From the NCBI GenBank assembly GCA_019429125.1, contig JAHYJO010000019.1:1-19267 (forward strand): a DNA stretch of 19,267 nt. The letters are read 5' to 3'. Of the stretch, positions 16,101 to 19,267 are shown one piece after another; position 1 is the stretch's first letter, and each line of letters starts with the position of its first letter. Source of the stretch: Nanobdellati archaeon (GTDB taxonomy: Archaea; EX4484-52; GLR71). The notes below the pieces were generated by a model that was not told the DNA's origin, searched no databases, and was given only the letters and a program-made list of their open reading frames with translations. Both the position numbers and the translations under genes were made by a program.

Positions 16101-17619
16101 TCAATGACTCTACCATGATTTTAGGTTTTTTCAATCCCAATATCTCAAGTATTGTGGGTGTGATATTATACAGTCTGCCATCTTTAATCTTATATCTATT
16201 TTTAGATACAATTGTGCAATATACTTTATTCATTGTATGTGACTTCATAGCTTCCCCAGTCTTATAATCAATCATCTGGTCGCAGTTACCATGATCCGCC
16301 GTAACAATTGACACCCCCTCAATAGAAGACATAGTGCCTAATAGTTCACCTACACACTTATCCACAACCTCAACCGCAGAAATAGTAGCAGAAAGATCCC
16401 CTGTATGCCCCACCATATCACAGTTTGCAAAATTGATGACAACCAGGCTGTATTTTCCGCCTTCAATAGCTTTAATGACCTTTTTAGTAACTTCAACTGC
16501 CGACATTGACGGTTTAAGGTCATAAGTTACAACGTCCGGCGACGGTACAAGAATTCTGTCCTCACCGACAAAAGGCTTTTCAGCCCCACAGTTTAAGAAA
16601 AATGTCACATGCGCATACTTTTCAGTCTCAGCTGCTCGCAACTGATAAAGTCCAGATTTACTAATAACTTCACCAAGCGTGTCATGTACATCATCTAGCT
16701 GGAAAGCGACAGAACATTTTAGTCCCTTGGCATATTGCGTAAGAGTTACAAAGTTAAGGTCTGTTATCTTTTTTCTTTTAAAACCTGAAAATTCATCATC
16801 AACAAATGCGCGCACAATCTGACGTGCCCTGTCCGACCTAAAATTAAAGAATATGATAGAATCACCCTGCGCAATAGTGTGCTTAACTCCATCTGAGACA
16901 ACTATTGTCGGTTTCACAAACTCATCAGTCTCACCGTGTCCATAAGCATTATCAACAGCAGTTAGTACATCATCAGTCTCAAAAGCGACACCGTTAACCA
17001 TGGCATCATACGCCTTGTGTTCCCTGCCCCAACGATTGTCACGATCCATAGCATAATATCGTCCTATGACTGTTGAAATCTGACCAAGACCTATCTCTTT
17101 AATTTTTGCTTCAAGCAATAGAATATATTTTTTTGCACTCTTAGGACTGACATCCCGACCATCCAAAAAAGCATGTATGTATACCTCTTTAACCTTGTTC
17201 TTTTTTGCCATGTCAAGAAGTGTAAATATATGTTTTATGTGTGAATGTATTCCTGCGTCAGATAACAGTCCCATAAGGTGGAGTGCAGAATCATCCTTCA
17301 CACATTTTGTCATTGCAGAAAGAAGAACTTTGTTCTTAAAAAATGAACCATCACAAATAGCAGAATCAATGATAGACAGTTCCTGCTTAATTATCCGTCC
17401 CGCACCCAGATGTTCATGCCCGACTTCAGACCCACCAAGAGTGCCTGATGGCAGACCCACAGCCTCGCCACAGGTATCAAGTTTGCAAGTAGGATATTTC
17501 TTATGTATTTCATCTAAGACTGGTGTTTTTGCAAGTGCAAAAGCATTGCCTTTCCTTTTCGCATTTATGCCGACACCATCAAGTATTATCAACGCGACAG
17601 TCTTATTTTTGGAACCCAT
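16093..17619 (-). CDS. gpmI: 2,3-bisphosphoglycerate-independent phosphoglycerate mutase, GpmI type
   Basis: LIILDG, SEVGH (catalytic Ser), GLLSDAGIHSH, FLDGRD, GRYYAMDRDNRW, FNFRSDRARQ, AETEKYAHVTFF, NFANCDMVGHTG, TADHGN. Confidence 0.96.
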   Translation of the reverse strand: MGSKNKTVALIILDGVGINAKRKGNAFALAKTPVLDEIHKKYPTCKLDTCGEAVGLPSGTLGGSEVGHEHLGAGRIIKQELSIIDSAICDGSFFKNKVLLSAMTKCVKDDSALHLMGLLSDAGIHSHIKHIFTLLDMAKKNKVKEVYIHAFLDGRDVSPKSAKKYILLLEAKIKEIGLGQISTVIGRYYAMDRDNRWGREHKAYDAMVNGVAFETDDVLTAVDNAYGHGETDEFVKPTIVVSDGVKHTIAQGDSIIFFNFRSDRARQIVRAFVDDEFSGFKRKKITDLNFVTLTQYAKGLKCSVAFQLDDVHDTLGEVISKSGLYQLRAAETEKYAHVTFFLNCGAEKPFVGEDRILVPSPDVVTYDLKPSMSAVEVTKKVIKAIEGGKYSLVVINFANCDMVGHTGDLSATISAVEVVDKCVGELLGTMSSIEGVSIVTADHGNCDQMIDYKTGEAMKSHTMNKVYCTIVSKNRYKIKDGRLYNITPTILEILGLKKPKIMVESLII

Positions 17620-19115
17620 TATATCTCCTCAACAAGTATATTTTCTTTATCTTCAATATCAACCGGGAAACTTTCAAGGCAAATTTTTTGTGCATGACCC
17701 AACTTGAATTTTTTCTCTGAATATATGTCAAACAGCCTGTCACCTTTCTTGACATAATCATCAATTTTGACATGCATATAAATCCCTGCACCTTTGTCTT
17801 TTGGTGCACCCGCAATCCTTGCAATCCGGCTTATCCTACGATTATAAATTCTGGTCACAGTGCCTGCCCTGTTAGCCGTGACACTCACTGCATGTTTGCC
17901 TACAAGTGAACGTAAATTTAAATCAGGATTACCTTCCTGAGCAATAACTATTTGTCTAAACTTTTTAAGTGCCATCCCAGAATTAAGTATATCTTCAGCA
18001 GTTTTCCTGTCACCTTTTTTAGTTAGCTTAAGAAGCATTCCAGAAAGTTCCAGACTTTTCTCTCTCAGATCTTTTGGTCCTTTACCTTCAAGAACTGATA
18101 ATATATCCATACATTCAAGTACGGGTCCTACTCCATGACCGATAGGTTGTTCACCACGCGTCACTGCGCACTCGATTTTCACGCCCATACTTTTTCCCAG
18201 CATCTTGAACCTTTTAGCGAGACTTCTTGCCTTTGAAAGGCTTTCAACCTTGCTTTCAAACCCAAAAGGTATGTCAATGACTACAGCTTTTGCGCCCATG
18301 GCAGCTTTTTTGGCCATGACAGATGCCAGAAGCTGTCCTTCAGGATCAACAGATAACGGATATTCACCGCGTATAATCTTGTCATCTGTGGGTGCAATAT
18401 CCATGTTACCCCCCCAGACAAAACATCCACCGGTCTTGTTAATCACCTCTTGTATCTTATCGGTTGGCTGGTCCACATTGCACCACACCTCAAGAGTGTC
18501 TGCAGTACCAGATGGTGACGTTATCGCCCTTGAACTGGTCTTTGGCATGACAAGCCCAGTAGCCGTTGCGATTGCAACAATGATAGGTGTTACCCTATTT
18601 CCTGGCACGCCACCTATTGAATGCTTATCAACCACATTATCATTTTTCCATTTAAACGTTGCACCAGTAGATACCATCTTTTTTGTGACAGCTATGAGTT
18701 CACGGTCTGAAAAATCATGCATGTAGATTGCAGATACATACGCCCCCAACTCAATATCATTTATCTTGTTATCGTTGATATCTTCAATTATAACTTCGCA
18801 TTCTTTTTTTGTAAGTTCAATACCTTTAAGCTTCTTTTTAATGTATTCAACAGATGCAGGTTTCTCGGCCGGATCAACATAAAGAGAATCACCTGCCTTG
18901 ATACCATATCTCATCGCACTCTTGTTCAGACCAAGTTCACCGGCGAGAACAAGACTTGCAGTAGTCTCAACAACAACTATCTTGCTTTTTTTATTGAACG
19001 TCACAAGAACCCGGTCTGTATTATTGGTACCTATCTCTTTAGCATCATCAATATTCATAATTACAAGAGGGTATCTTGGTTCTATATCAAGGTATTTGGC
19101 CTTCAGTTTAAGCAT
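17619..19115 (-). CDS. deoA: AMP phosphorylase (archaeal nucleoside-monophosphate phosphorylase, thymidine phosphorylase family)
   Basis: VDKHSIGGVPGN, PKTSSRAITSPSGTADTLE, LASVMAKK, QPIGHGVGPVLE, IARIAGAPKDKGAG; ~80-aa N-terminal extension typical of AMP phosphorylase. TAATG 1-nt overlap with gpmI. Confidence 0.92.
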   Translation of the reverse strand: MLKLKAKYLDIEPRYPLVIMNIDDAKEIGTNNTDRVLVTFNKKSKIVVVETTASLVLAGELGLNKSAMRYGIKAGDSLYVDPAEKPASVEYIKKKLKGIELTKKECEVIIEDINDNKINDIELGAYVSAIYMHDFSDRELIAVTKKMVSTGATFKWKNDNVVDKHSIGGVPGNRVTPIIVAIATATGLVMPKTSSRAITSPSGTADTLEVWCNVDQPTDKIQEVINKTGGCFVWGGNMDIAPTDDKIIRGEYPLSVDPEGQLLASVMAKKAAMGAKAVVIDIPFGFESKVESLSKARSLAKRFKMLGKSMGVKIECAVTRGEQPIGHGVGPVLECMDILSVLEGKGPKDLREKSLELSGMLLKLTKKGDRKTAEDILNSGMALKKFRQIVIAQEGNPDLNLRSLVGKHAVSVTANRAGTVTRIYNRRISRIARIAGAPKDKGAGIYMHVKIDDYVKKGDRLFDIYSEKKFKLGHAQKICLESFPVDIEDKENILVEEI

Positions 19116-19138
19116 TTTAATCTAAATCTCCGTTTTTA

Positions 19139-19267
<129 letters not shown>

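Overview
AT-rich archaeal locus, most consistent with a DPANN-type archaeon (inferred from archaeal-type ProRS, AMP phosphorylase, TATA/BRE promoters, a GAGGTGA ribosome-binding site and class III signal peptides). Housekeeping genes on the minus strand (proS on the left; gpmI and AMP phosphorylase on the right) flank a ~13.6 kb plus-strand surface-apparatus island. The island starts with a 1351-aa membrane-anchored subtilase. It overlaps the first of eight consecutive type IV pilin-like genes: three tiny Cys-containing pilins, four medium minor-pilin-like proteins and a 1443-aa giant pilin with NHL-like blades and a Cys-rich tip. A separately promoted major-pilin candidate and a SAM methyltransferase follow. 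A tenth pilin-like gene, absent from the ORF track, is cut by the left edge. No assembly ATPase, platform protein or prepilin peptidase is in the window. The window ends in a perfect (ATT)43 run that is probably an assembly artefact. The best candidate for an undescribed system is the protease plus multi-pilin plus giant adhesin module, possibly used for host attachment.
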